Source: Octopus vulgaris
Taxonomy: Eukaryota
Direction: 5' to 3'
DNA: 64,000 bases
Assembly (NCBI GenBank): GCA_951406725.2
Contig: OX597816.1
Span: forward strand, 33,356,001 to 33,420,000
Below the pieces are notes generated by a model. The model did no database searches. It was not told the DNA's origin and saw nothing but the letters and a program-made list of their open reading frames with translations. The position numbers and the translations under genes were made by a program. Positions 1 to 11,950 of this stretch are shown here, piece after piece; the first letter of the stretch is position 1, and the number at the start of each line of letters is the position of its first letter.

Positions 1-481
1 TTGTACCTAGATATTCCACCTGTTTTTTTTTTTGTTCAAACTGGCAAGGACCGGTCTCTCACACGTATCCTACACTGTCATTCAAAAATTAAACAATCCC
101 ACCATCGAAACAATATGAATATATAAGCATTACATTTCACTGGCTTATCTGAATACTAAAGAGTTTAATTGTTGTAAAATCAATATTAACTCAAGCGTTA
201 GTACAAATTGTCTTAATGTTGTAACTTGTAATCACATTAAATACAAGCCTAATTAACAAAACTAGGTAAGGAGAACATTTTCTAAATCTTTCTTCTATAT
301 TTTCAACTTTACAACAGAATTTTTAAATGTGAGAATAATTACTTTTTTTTCCTATTTGACCCCCAGAGGGCCACAACATCGAGGATATCGAAAGCCAATG
401 TTTTAAACAAAGATATACATTTCTGAAACACAATATCAAATGATGAGGAAGTATGTAGGAGTGCCGTTAGACGACGCTTAC

Positions 482-618
482 CTTAAATATAAATGTGAAG
501 CTATTATCCCAGGTAAAGGCTGCGTCAATAGGACCAGTGACACCGAGCCAGTCCCATTCGATTTTTCTTGGATATCCTACATCAATTCCTGTTCCTGACA
601 AACGATAATATTTATCTC
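482..618 (-). CDS. Matrix metalloproteinase exon (hemopexin repeats)
   Basis: Not in the ORF track; read by hand. tttcag acceptor and AAG|gtaagc donor. 137 nt, phase 1 to 0. Translates (G)DKYYRLSGTGIDVGYPRKIEWDWLGVTGPIDAAFTWDNSFTFIFK, with GYP+.I...W.G....IDAA hemopexin motifs. The gene continues beyond the left edge. Confidence 0.93.
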
Positions 619-1261
619 CTGAAATATATTAAAAATCACTGAATGTACTTAGTGTCCATCGTTTGCTTTACATTAGTAAGAGAGCTAAGATTGTCACGTA
701 ACGAATTAAATCTAACACGTTAGCTCAATAACTCTGGCTACTGGCTTAATAACTTATCACATTGATGATGACCTCACCGAGGTCGACGACGGAGACAACA
801 AAGCTAATATCGATAGTAACGATAATGGTGATGATAAATGATGGTGGTGGTACAGGTTGTTGTTGTTGTTGTTGCTGTTACTGCAGCTGTCGTTGTTGTT
901 ATATTGATAACTATGATAATGGTAATCACGATGATAACGGTGGTGATGATGATGTGAATGATCGCGATTATGATGAAGACGTTAAGGAGAAAACTTATGA
1001 TAATTATCAGTCTCATGTTTGTGTACATAGCAATAAACTTGAAAGTGGTGATGACAATGTTACTGTTGATGAATACGATGATTATAGTGATGATAATGAT
1101 AAGCGAGCAAGTGAAGGGGAAATAGGTGGTGGTTATACCGAGTCATATTGGATAATGGAATTCTAGATATAAAATTCTTCAGAAAGTATGGAATAATCAT
1201 GGTAGGAACTCCATTCATCTGTGATATGTATCATCACACACACACACACACACGATATACT

Positions 1262-1472
1262 CCATATCACCCAGGAAGGAACATAGTGCCTGTTTCCCTG
1301 TTTCTTTGGCACATATATATATATATATATTCTTCACTGACGGGACGCCGGTTCATTACAGGATTGCTTTTCTTTTTGCCAGTGCTCTGAAGCAACGTGA
1401 AAGGAAGTGTTTTGCTTGCGGTCATGAGTCCAACACAAATCTTACGGTCATGAATCCAACACACTGGGCATT
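1262..1472 (-). mobile_element. Diverged tRNA-derived SINE (family C)
   Basis: Contains gcaacgtgaaaggaagtgttttgct, similar to the family C body at 15818-16144 and 39828-40103. Confidence 0.5.
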
Positions 1473-1713
1473 AAGCCAGAGTACGGGGTATTCCGTCATC
1501 CTAGAAACAGCTGTAAGACTTTGAATCTTTTCCAATAATAATAATGTATATGACTTGAGATGTTTGCCTTGCCTTACCGTTTGTTTCCTCCTTAACAATC
1601 ATGCATCCGCTATATCGGAAATCTGCAACCTTGGAGCACCAGTAATCCGTTACAGCATTTACCTAGCGTACCTAACCGTTTAGATCACTTGTGAACTAAT
1701 CCCTTATCTTTTG

Positions 1714-1814
<101 letters not shown>

Positions 1815-1863
1815 TGTTATATTTTTATCTCCGTCAATCGTCAAGTGATCATCATTCCGTATC

Positions 1864-2287
1864 TCTCTTTTACTCTTTTTACTCTTTTTACTTGTGTCAG
1901 TCATTTGACTGCGGCCATGCTGGAGCACCGCCTTTAATCGAGCAACTCGACCCCGAGACTTATTCTTTGTAAGCCCGGTACTTATTCTATCGGTCTCTTT
2001 TGCCGAACCGCTAAGTTACGGGGACGTAAACACACCAGCATCGATTGTCAAGCAATGCTAGGGGAACAAACACAGACACACAAACATATTCACACACACT
2101 TATATATATATATATACATATATACGACAGGCTTCTTTCAGTTTCCGTCTACCAAATCCACTCACAAGGCATTGGTCGGCCCGGGGCTATAGCAGAAGAC
2201 ACGTGCCCAAGATGCCACGCAGTGGGACTGAACCCGGAACCATGTGGTTGGTTAGCAAGCTACTTACCAAACAGCCACTCCTGCGCC
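1864..2287 (-). mobile_element. tRNA-derived SINE (family A), full length
   Basis: Reverse complement of the ggcgcaggagtggctgt..ggttcagtcccactgcgtggca..ttgggca head (A/B-box-like), internal (TA)n and a (gtaaaagag)n tail. Near-identical to other copies in the window. Confidence 0.9.
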
Positions 2288-3231
2288 TCATTCTTTCGTA
2301 AAATATTTTATTTTATTGTGTATTTGCGATCAATCACATATATCCTCTTGGCCCTCTTACAGCAGAACATCGAAAATGTTACAGATGAAGGGAGTTACAC
2401 CGGCACTTGGCTGGTAAACATTTTAGCTGACTAGACTGGAGTAACGTGACAAGAAGTGCCATGCTCAAGGTAAAAGTACGTCACTCACTCCAGGAATAGA
2501 ACCTCGACTTTATGACCGTGACCCATATATACTAACCACTGTCATGTCATAGACCTACATGTGTGTAGTGTGTATGGAAGAGCATGCATCTTTATAAACA
2601 CTTATTTTATATGCAGAGGCTATGTAGATGAAGAAAAGAAAAGAAAAGCATATGAATAATTTTCATTTAAAATATTAAAATAAGCTAATGTTTTTGGTGA
2701 AGATACTCTTTTTCCATGAAGGTGCTGTCTTCATGTTTCCCTTGTCGTTTGATGTCTACATGTATTGGTGACTCACGAGCCACATGTGTGAAGTGTGACG
2801 GTGGTGTGTCAAAGTATTTTATGGGCTATGGCTCAAACTTCTGTAATGAAGTATAGGTTCTCAGTAAGTAGGTAAATCCAACTTGGAGAAAATGGGGTAA
2901 AAAATTCCATTGTATAGGGGCTTGCAGAAACGAATTGATTAGCCAATGAGCTTTGTTCAGTTTTTGTCAGTGTTGTTAGCTTTTGTTATCTGATAAGGAT
3001 GGATTTGTTCATAACATGTAACACCAATTCAGCATTTCGGTAGAAGTTATTTACAAACTTATTGGGGGTGTAAAGGGTAGATTTTATTCTATCTTATTAG
3101 GGGTGTAAGGATAGAGAGTAAGAAATGTGCGGATAAAATCTAATCTGTAAGTTTATTTCTTGTGTTCAATGATGTAAATCTTTAGTAGTTGTCATAGTAG
3201 TACGATAATAATAATAATAATGATAATAATA

Positions 3232-3287
<56 letters not shown>

Positions 3288-3297
3288 TCTTTCTGAT

Positions 3298-3492
3298 AAA
3301 GGCCTGACATTTTTGGGGAGGGGGCTAGTGGATTACATCGACCCCAGTGTTTCACTGGTACTTAATTTATCGACCTCGAAAGGATGAAAATCAAAGTCGA
3401 CGTCGGTGGAATTTGAACTATTAACGGAGCAACAGGCGAAATACCGCTAAGCACTTCGTCCGGCGCGCTAACGATTCTGGCAGCTCGCCTCC
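3298..3492 (-). mobile_element. tRNA-derived SINE (family B)
   Basis: Minus strand reads ggcgagctg..gttagcgcgccgg..gttcaaattcc..gtcgacttt..tttcatcctttcgaggtcgataaattaagtaccag, shared with six other copies. Confidence 0.85.
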
Positions 3493-3602
3493 TAAGTATT
3501 GATAATAATTATAATAATGATGATGATGGTGATGATGATGATGATGATGATGATGATAATAATAATAATAATAATAATAATAATAGTAAGGTGTGTATTT
3601 AC

Positions 3603-3746
3603 CTTTAAAGACATATGTGGCATCATCAGGTAACTTAGTAATGGCATCTATGGAAGCATCATGGCAAATAGGTGGTCCACTCATTCGGCCCTGTGTCGGC
3701 AATGGGTCGGGAGGGCGCGGGTAAAACCGCGAATCTGACCGACTTC
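3603..3746 (-). CDS. Matrix metalloproteinase exon (Pro-rich hinge and start of hemopexin domain)
   Basis: ctacag acceptor and AAAG|gtaaat donor. 144 nt, phase 1 to 1. Translates (G)SRSDSRFYPRPPDPLPTQGRMSGPPICHDASIDAITKLPDDATYVFK(G); C...IDAI...YVFKG marks hemopexin blade 1. Confidence 0.93.
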
Positions 3747-4047
3747 CTGTAGATAACAGAAGCAAAATAAAAAAGAGAATAACCATCATGAACTTTTTCG
3801 GCATCAACGTCATCGCCATCGTCTTTCACTGAATTTTCATCTTACTGGCAGAGGAAGATGAAAGTACGATGACTTATTGCACATTCAAAGTCAGTGTATG
3901 TGTGTTTGTGTGTGTGTCCCATTGTGCATGTGGATTTGGGTATGCGCGCGCGCGTTCGTGTGTATGCATGTGTGTGTGCGTGCATGTGTTGTGTGAGTGC
4001 GTGCATATACTGGCCAAGATTTCCAGTTGTTATACGTAGGAACCTAC

Positions 4048-4206
4048 CATAGAGTTCTTGTACAGCAGCTATATCATCTCTGCTTAGTTTAAAATTTGGT
4101 TTATATCCTCGATAGAACGGTGCCATCAAAGCATCGTTGACATCAGAGTGAGCCAAACCGAGAGAGTGACCTATTTCATGCGCCGCCACTTGAAAGAGAT
4201 TAACCC
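4048..4206 (-). CDS. Matrix metalloproteinase exon (catalytic zinc site and Met-turn)
   Basis: tatttccag acceptor and G|gtagg donor. 159 nt, phase 1 to 1. Translates (G)[52 protein letters not shown](G), containing HExxHxxGxxH and the ALMxP Met-turn. Confidence 0.97.
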
Positions 4207-4838
4207 CTGGAAATAGAAGAGTTCAACAGTTATTTTTCGCCTCAGAGAAGCAATACATATAGGATACATGGATGATGTAGACGTACAATTGAGAATGCAT
4301 AGTATCAAGTGAGAACATTAAAAATAGGAAAACAGATACACTTAGATTAACCTTTTACCTGACCCGTCTATCACAGGTGACGCACATATTTCTTTGGCGT
4401 CCATGCATCATATGTGATACATAATCCTAATTTTTTCAACCATGCGAGTAAGTAGATTTATATTTCTCAGATCATATGAATTAGGGGTAACTAAAGATCT
4501 GGAAGCAGGCATGGACGTTTTGGAAAAACTAATGAAAATGCTTTGGAAAGACACACGGTCAATGTAGTGAGCGTACCTACATGCAATAACCCTATGAACG
4601 TAGGAATATTTCAAGGATTTAACTGGATTATATTTTGGGGCAAAATTTTAACAAAGTGAAATGAAAATAGAAATAAATTTAAATATTGTAAAAATAATGT
4701 ATAAATGAATATAAATAACTTAAACGATATAACATGGTAATACACACGCATGCACATATAATACGAGGTGAATATATACATTAAAATGGAACGTAAAGGA
4801 ATACATATATGTATGTATATATATATATATATATATAG

Positions 4839-5027
4839 GTAAATGTAATATGTGACAATTATTCAGTAGCCTTGATAAAACTCCGTCTTTCGGATGCCAA
4901 GGTGGAAATCCACGCCGCTATCTCTTCAGTTATCTGGCCAAGAGATAGCGGCGTGGATTTCCACCTCGGCATCCGAAACTCGGAGTTTTATCATGGCTAC
5001 CAAATAATTGTCACATATTACATTTAC
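4839..5027. repeat. Fold-back inverted repeat (88-bp arms, 13-nt loop) containing a hammerhead-like motif
   Basis: 4839-4926 is a near-perfect reverse complement of 4940-5027 and abuts (TA)n. Minus strand 4934-4874 reads gataa-CTGAAGA-stem-GAAA...GTT-ttatc. Confidence 0.85.
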
Positions 5028-5849
5028 AGATAAATTTCTCTATTTACATAATATCGAAGTCTCTTTCTTTCTTTTGTTGTCTTACAATTTTATCAATATA
5101 TATATACACTAAATTAAACATGTGCGTGTTTGTATGTGTGTGTGTGTGTGTGTGTGTACGTATCCTGGAACCGATGTTTGTAAGAAAAATTGTATAAAAT
5201 ATTATAATTAACACATCGTCATCTGTACGTTGCAGTGAACAGTATGAGAGCATTATTTCTTTCTGTATATGTAGGCTATGCAACAAGTTGGAAAACTACA
5301 GGATCCTTCGGAGATGAAGTAAAAGTTAAAGAAAATGGAAATACCATCTCTGCATGCGCTCAGTTTATATACTCGAATGTGTTCAGCTTCAATAGCTATA
5401 CAAGAATAATTATATTAAAAAAAAAAAGTCTAACTTTGTATTGGAAATAGAAGTATGTATATATTTCTAAGGTATTTTTTAGACTGTTAAGTTAAGAATA
5501 TCGCCTTCATCAATACGAAGTATTAATAATATTTTTTAGTCAACTAAACTGACCTTATTGTATTACGGGTATAATATGCAATAATGAATGTATAAAATTA
5601 TTTCTTCTTGCAAGAGCTTAGCAACAGCTTCAATGAAATTAAAATAAGATTCAGTCATTCAGTATGAATATCGCGAGGTGTCAACCGAGGAGGGCAGAGC
5701 TCTGTTTAGCAGGTATTTTATGGCCTAAGAAGGATCTGGAATTAATATTGATATAGTCTAATCTTGTGGATTATGTATGATAGTAGAATTATTACATTTA
5801 AGTCTATATAGAAATATTCTATTTATAGTTTCGCTATCTTCTTTCCTTT

Positions 5850-7500
5850 TGATCTCAGAATTTTGAGCCGGTCATTAGTAACAAAAAGAGAGAACATTGC
5901 AGATTTGTTTGTATCGATCATCATTAAAAGAGAAATAGCTTTACAAATGATTCTATGAGTCCAAATTTTTAAAACCGAATATTCATCCTCTATCCAATGG
6001 AAACGACAATAGCCTTTTTGAATATTATGAAAATTCTCTGAAAAAGCTTGAACTGAAATCAGCCGGGAAGTTTCAAGAACTGACCCGAGGGATCATTTAC
6101 GCTTCACTTATTGTGATACTGAGAATACAAAAGTTAGAGAATATGGCATAAAACAGAAATTTTAGTCAACTCATGTGCTTCCAAAATGGTAGAAATTGTA
6201 ATCAGAATTGGAACATAGAAACATAGCTTGTAGCAGTTTTACTACCATACAAAAATAGTAGTGTTCGAATAGTAGACGTTCAAATTGTGAAGGATTTTTC
6301 TTTTTCTGTTTTTGTCAAATCAAGTTATGCATTCACTGATGTGGCATTGCATTTCCCGTTGCTCAAACTTGATTAAAATTTTCAATTCGGGCCATCTAAA
6401 CAGGATTTTCTCTTGTATATCTTTGAAACATCTAGTAAAACTTTTGATGATTTGGTAGGCGGTGGTTAGAAAATTCGTTGTACAATAGAGTCTATCGGTG
6501 TAGTTAAGACGCACTACTGTGTTGGGAACAAGTCTAGCTCCCAACGTCTGTGTTGGGAAAAAGCTAGCTCCAAAATTAGAAGACAATCATTGTATAATCT
6601 ATTGTCAGATAATGGATTCTGTGTCACCAGAAAAAAGATTTGGATTAAAAAGATCAAATCGTGAGTTTTGTCAAATAATGTACTCTCAGCTTTGAGAGGA
6701 GAGCAGGACAAGAAGTCACTTCTAAACGATTCAAATATTGCACGTCTTTCGAGAAGAAATGTAACCAAGCGTGTATTTGAATCTGAATATGATGAACTCA
6801 TTTTATATTTTGAAGTACAGGGTGTGGCGGAATTATTTGCTTGGCTGAATGATGAGGAGGGATCATGCACCTTGCCAATTTCTTTCATATTTATGAGCCG
6901 CTGAACAAATTGAATCTTCAGATGCAAGGAAGGAATACAAACATGAAACGATTTATTGATTCATTGAATGCCCCAAGGGCAAACTGGATAGCTGGGAAAG
7001 GAAAGTCAATATAAAGAATATCTGAGAAATTGTCATCAAACTTTGATGGTGGCATTGAAAGCCAAGTATTTTCAAAATTTAAAAAAAAATTATTTGCAGC
7101 AAAATACATTTATTTAGCCGCTGAGGAAATGGATTTAGTGTAAAATCCATTAAAAATGTCACTTGAAAAGTTGCTTATGACTGTCAAGATGAATTTCTAT
7201 AATTGAAGAATGTTTCAGGAGCAAAAGATTATGTTCGATTAGAAATGCATCATAGAAGATTGACGCTTGATGTGCGATTCCTATCCAGAACGGAAGCTGC
7301 ATTTTCATTGCTTCCATTTGTGTCAACATATCTTTGTGAGTCAGATTCTTTAAGTCTGTTGCAAATGGGAACGAGGCTACATAGTAGATTAGAAATTGAA
7401 AATGAATTGTATTGTGCCCTTTAAAGAATTTTTCCACAGCTCCAGTAAATGGCAAAGTAAAAAGAAAACAAAAACTCATAGGATTCCCATTCACTGCTAT
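5850..7500 (+). pseudogene. Fossil hAT transposase (Buster/Charlie, ZBED8/FAM200-like)
   Basis: Broken frames give FTNDSMSP, YYENSLKKLELKSAGKFQE..IIYAS, SCASKMVEIV, RLSRRNVTKRVFE..DELILYF (cf. RWLSRG.VL.R), EPLNKLNLQMQGRNTN and LLPFVSTYLCES...RLEIENELYCAL (hAT C-terminal dimerisation motif). Confidence 0.85.
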
Positions 7501-7974
7501 TTTTATGAGATGAAAATAAATTACAATAGCCAGGTTTTCTATTGAACATTTTGTATATTGAAGTAAAACGTAGCATGTAGTCTGTGAAATAATTAGCTAC
7601 GAATATAATAAATATTTTATTGAATTTTTGAAATCTATCAGCATTCCTTTATTACTAGGTCGGCATTATAAAAATATCCCAAATAATCTATATGAACTTA
7701 ATATAGAAAACTAAAGATTTCCAGTATTATATGTATATTATTTCGAATGCAAATTTTGATTCAGACAATATTGAAAAGCAGAGAATATAATTTTGAAAAA
7801 TGAAAAATACGAGAAACAACGCCAGGAGACGATGGTTGAGAAATAATTCACTTGCTCTTTTTCTCATCCTTCACACACAACACACACACACAGGTAAGCA
7901 CATAAGTACAATGTTACTCAGCGTTTCACGTTCCTGCTCGTCGAGACAGTTCAGGTACCTGAACAATCTTAATT

Positions 7975-8107
7975 CGTTATTTACATTATTTACATTTGAA
8001 GAAAAGTTTGTCCTCATCTCGTTCATTGTTAACACAACGTTTCGGCTGATATGCCCTCCAGCCTTCATCAGGTGTCTTTGAGAAATTTTGGACCTGGTAT
8101 TTTTCGA

Positions 8108-8144
<37 letters not shown>

Positions 8145-8241
8145 GATCAGGTCACTGCTTGGAATCGAAATCGGAATCATGGGGTTTATCACCCACGCTC
8201 TTAATCACTACACCATATGCCCACGGGCATATGGTGTAGTG
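7975..8241 (-). mobile_element. tRNA-headed SINE-like element with 3' hammerhead ribozyme motif and 5' inverted duplication
   Basis: Head gggcatatggtgtagtgattaagagcg...gatttcgattcc (A/B-box-like), then (AAT)n, then an HHR at 8076-8031. Perfect 17-bp palindrome at 8206-8222/8225-8241. Confidence 0.7.
8031..8076 (-). ncRNA. Minimal type I hammerhead ribozyme motif
   Basis: gacac-CTGATGA-a-GGCTG-gagggcatat-CAGCC-GAAA-CGTT-gtgtt. Stem I is gacac/gtgtt, stem II is GGCTG/CAGCC, and stem III is a palindromic ACGT. Confidence 0.7.
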
Positions 8242-8271
8242 TATAAGCAAACGACGTAACGTATACTAAAT

Positions 8272-9333
8272 GTAAGAACGAACGGAAGACAAACAGAATT
8301 TTTCATAATTCTTCATCAGGCATCGACCAATATTTCTGCCGTAAATCACACTCTGTGTCAATTTGCTTCTTCCGTTTCGCTCTTGTCCCTAATTCAATGC
8401 AAGCAAAGTGTTTCTTTTGCCGCCACCGCCAATTGGGAAGCACTCAGTCTTATGTTTTTAAGGTGCGAAACTGAACAGTACCATCGGTCGATAACTGATG
8501 AAGAATTATGGACATTCATTTGTCTCCCCTTCGTTTTTACCTTCAGTCATTTATTTACACAACTTTTCAGTTATCAAGTATTGGAACGCAACAAACACAG
8601 TAATTGTTTTAACAACTAAGTTTTTTTTTATATATCCGTGTGATTCTCTCTCTCTCTCTTGCCTTTATTCTTTCTCCTTTTCTTTCTCTCACCCTTTCAC
8701 TTAAATTCTAGCCTTTCTACCAAGTCCTTCTCTCCCGCTCTCTCTCTTGTATTTCTAGCCTTTCTACTTACTCCTTTCTCTCCTTCTTATATTTCTATCC
8801 TTTCTACTTACTCCTCTCTCTCCCTCTTGTATTCCTAGCCTTTCTCCTTCCTTTCATCCATTTCTTCCTTCTTTTCTCTGTCGTTTCCTCTCCCTACAGT
8901 TTTTCTCCTCTGCCTGCTGCTGTCACGTGATCCGCGACCACTTTCTCTTTTTCTTCCTTTCTTAGAATGGTCCTTTAGCTGACCAGTCATAAATTCCGTC
9001 TCTCCGTTCTTCATCCTTCAAAAATTTCGAAGTGTTACCCACTATTCTCGTCTCCTTGGCCCCAAGGTCGTATTTTGTTAGACTGTTTGTCCTCTACTAA
9101 CGTTCTAAATCACACTCTGTATCATTTTGCTTGTATTGTTTTGCTCGTCCCTAATTCTACACAAGAAAACATTTTTTGCGGACACCGCCAATTGCGAAAC
9201 ACCCAGTCTTATCGTTAAAGGTGCGAAACTGAATATTATCATTGATCGATAACTGATGAAGTATTATGAACTTTCTGTTTGACTCCCGTTCGTTTTTACA
9301 TTCAATATACGCTTTTTTATACATTTTTCATTT

Positions 9334-9335
<2 letters not shown>
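8272..9335 (+). mobile_element. Non-autonomous Penelope-like cassette: inverted partial repeat plus two ~230-bp direct repeats
   Basis: 8342-8575 and 9106-9335 are diverged direct repeats around a pyrimidine-rich spacer. 8272-8328 is an inverted copy of their 3' part. Each repeat has GAAAC..(G/T)TA..CTGATGA. Confidence 0.6.
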
Positions 9336-9366
<31 letters not shown>

Positions 9367-10354
9367 AAACATGGGTAGCAGTTTGTCAGTACCAGTATCT
9401 ATATGTGCGTATATCACTAGGTCTAATTTAACGTAAAATTTACCAAACATAATATAGGTTATGAATTTATTAAATGTCTAAATCTTTATTATCCTAGAAA
9501 TATGTTAAATACTCTGTTAAAATAAGATATTATCATTATATTATTTTGAAAAATAATTTGCTAAAATAGTAATGCAAATTTGTTGAAAAACTTTTATAAA
9601 AAATGTCGCCTTCTTAAAAATACCATGTTACAAATGTAACATTAAATAATAGTTTAAATAACCATTTTTCACTGCATTATTATAAGATAGCAGTGCGTTA
9701 AAACTATTTTTAAAATAGAATGTTTTGTTAACAGTAATTTAGTAGTACCTTGCTAAAAACGTACTGCTTTCTTAAAATGATACGGGAAAAAATTGTTATA
9801 ATTTTCAAAGTATATTATTAAAATTTTGTTAAAAGTGTAGAAGATATATTATATTCAACTTACAAATAGTAGTTTAAGTTTAGTATATTAAAGTATGTTA
9901 AAAATGTAGTACTTTGCTAAAATTATTATGGTAAAAATATTAAAACTATTCGGTTAACATATGTTAAAATATAACAAAAGCTAAAATAAATCATTATATC
10001 AAAATTAATCTAAAAATGCATTACAATGTGTGTGGTTAAAGATATGTTAAACAGGTTTTGAAAAACTATAATATGTTAAAATTATTAGATTAAAACAATA
10101 TTGCTATGTCAACATACATTACTAATATGATGTTAAAATACAAAACAGTTCTATATAGAAATATTTTGAAAGAAACTTCCAAGAAATGCCTCGTTATGTT
10201 AAAAATATTACCGTAACGATATATTGTTTGAAAGACATTGTGTCTTAATAGCCATGTTAAAGTATATTATGTTTAAAATATTTCTTGAAAAATATAATCT
10301 TTAGAAAATTATTGAAGATTGATCGAAAAAACAAAACTGGAAAGCGGTTGTTAC

Positions 10355-10559
10355 CTTTCCAGCTGTCAACAGACCAAGGTTCGGAATCATCAAAATGTGC
10401 ATCACCACCAAACTCAGGAAAGAAAGCGTGAGCTAATGTTCCTCCGATTCCATCAAACGGATGACGATCCCCGTGTTCATGAGACGCAAACATTACATCG
10501 ATATCTGTATTCCTGTTAACCAATTGTTTGAAGGTCAAAGATGTGACATCACTCCAAAC
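10355..10559 (-). CDS. Matrix metalloproteinase exon (catalytic domain, structural Zn/Ca region)
   Basis: cttttacacag acceptor and G|gtaac donor. 205 nt, phase 0 to 1. Translates VWSDVTSLTFKQLVNRNTDIDVMFASHEHGDRHPFDGIGGTLAHAFFPEFGGDAHFDDSEPWSVDSWK(G), with the matrixin HGD..FDG, LAHAF and GDAHFDD motifs. Confidence 0.95.
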
Positions 10560-11265
10560 CTGTGTAAAAGAAATACAAAAATATATTAAAGTGACATATT
10601 TAATATATGTTATATTATTAGATATAGCGACCTCCTTCACATCTCATTGAATTCGTACTCCACTCTCTTAAAAAAGGTGGGAAGACGTTGGAAAATATAG
10701 ACTGGAAATAATTTGAATATAGTAGACATATTGTACATGAAAGTTTGAGGGCCAGCGCAGGAATGAATTTAATCATGGCTCTGCTCCTTCAGAGCTGATT
10801 TAGAATTAGATAGCAATACCAGTATAACACGTTTATGATTTGAAGAGAGTTGCACTGATATTTAACAGAGCGGCAGTTTATCGCTCATAGAATGCTGAAA
10901 TGCAACAATTAAAACTACATAGGAACAATAAACAAAAGAGCGATACAAGTTAGTGCTAGGCGCACATTAAATAATGCTATTTCATTCAACTTAGATGGGT
11001 ATTATAAAATGATGTACACATTACTGAGAAGGAAATCGAAGATATAAGACAAAATGTAGCCATAAAACCAATGTAAGGAAACTGATTATAAATTTTAAAA
11101 TATCTATCACAGAACATAAAAAAAACTCATACAAATGAATAAGAACTAAAAAGGAAATAAAATAACCAAACCGGACACTTAACAGATAATTATCCACAAG
11201 CTAATGAATGCATCACAACCGAATTCACAAAACGAAAACGCCACTCAAAGTAAACGACATAGAAT

Positions 11266-11503
11266 TAGTGGTTCTCAATAATTTCTTGCCTCTGGAACCC
11301 TCCGATTTCTATTTTACTCTACTGGACCTTCGAAGCCATTCGATGTATATAAAAAAATCTTACTGTATTTTCGTAATTAAATATCATTAGGAATTGAATT
11401 AATAAAATTTAAATATTTAGTGTATTGCAAGCAAATAAATTTTAAAAATAAAATCTTATAATGGACCCTCAAGGAACTTATGGACTTCGGTCCAGAACCA
11501 CTG
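11266..11503. mobile_element. hAT-Charlie-type MITE
   Basis: Termini tagtggttctcaa ... ccagaaccactg match the CAGTGGTTCT terminal inverted repeat of Charlie/MER5-like elements. The flanks (acatagaa/acctaaat) resemble a decayed 8-bp NNNTANNN duplication. Confidence 0.65.
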
Positions 11504-11589
11504 ACCTAAATGGTCAATCGGTTTGCGAGAAAGGAATACCAGCCAAAATCCCTTCAAATCGCAAGATACCGGTCTGTCTTCAACAAACT

Positions 11590-11950
11590 AAGATATATTA
11601 AAAAATGTAATCTTATATATACTGGCTCTGGCAATGTCTCAATGTTCGTGCTTGTAGCCGAAGAGAGATTCATTAAGTCATACGTCGGACCTGCTGAGCA
11701 CAACAAAATAAGATTATATACTCAGAAAGAAGAATGAGCAACACTAAAGGAATAAATATCATGGAAGGCCCCTTGGGAGTAAACATCTAAATGCACAACC
11801 CCAACAAGAATATACATTCTTCTACACACTATACATGAAACGCTGTTCCACACAAAGAGTGAAAAGAATATATAGAACTTGTAAGAAAGTCTGTCCATAG
11901 ACAAAATCTACCCAAATATCAGTATGCCAAGTGATCAAATCTAAGCAAGG
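11590..11950 (+). pseudogene. Possible decayed PLE GIY-YIG endonuclease fragment
   Basis: ORF 11510-11737 contains NLIY......KSYVGPAEHNKIRLYTQK, spaced like the VY..YIG..FK.R..H GIY-YIG core. Heavily degraded. Confidence 0.35.

Noticed and set aside
762-1166. Asp/Cys-rich 134-aa ORF
   Set aside because: Translation of decayed (GAT/GTT)n repeats, antisense within an MMP intron.
1490-1525. Hammerhead half-site GAAACAGCTGTA
   Set aside because: No upstream CUGANGA; truncated remnant only.
3421-3602. Poly-Tyr/poly-His extension of ORF 3421-3819
   Set aside because: Lies past the splice donor at 3602; intronic (TAT)n/(CAT)n and SINE sequence.
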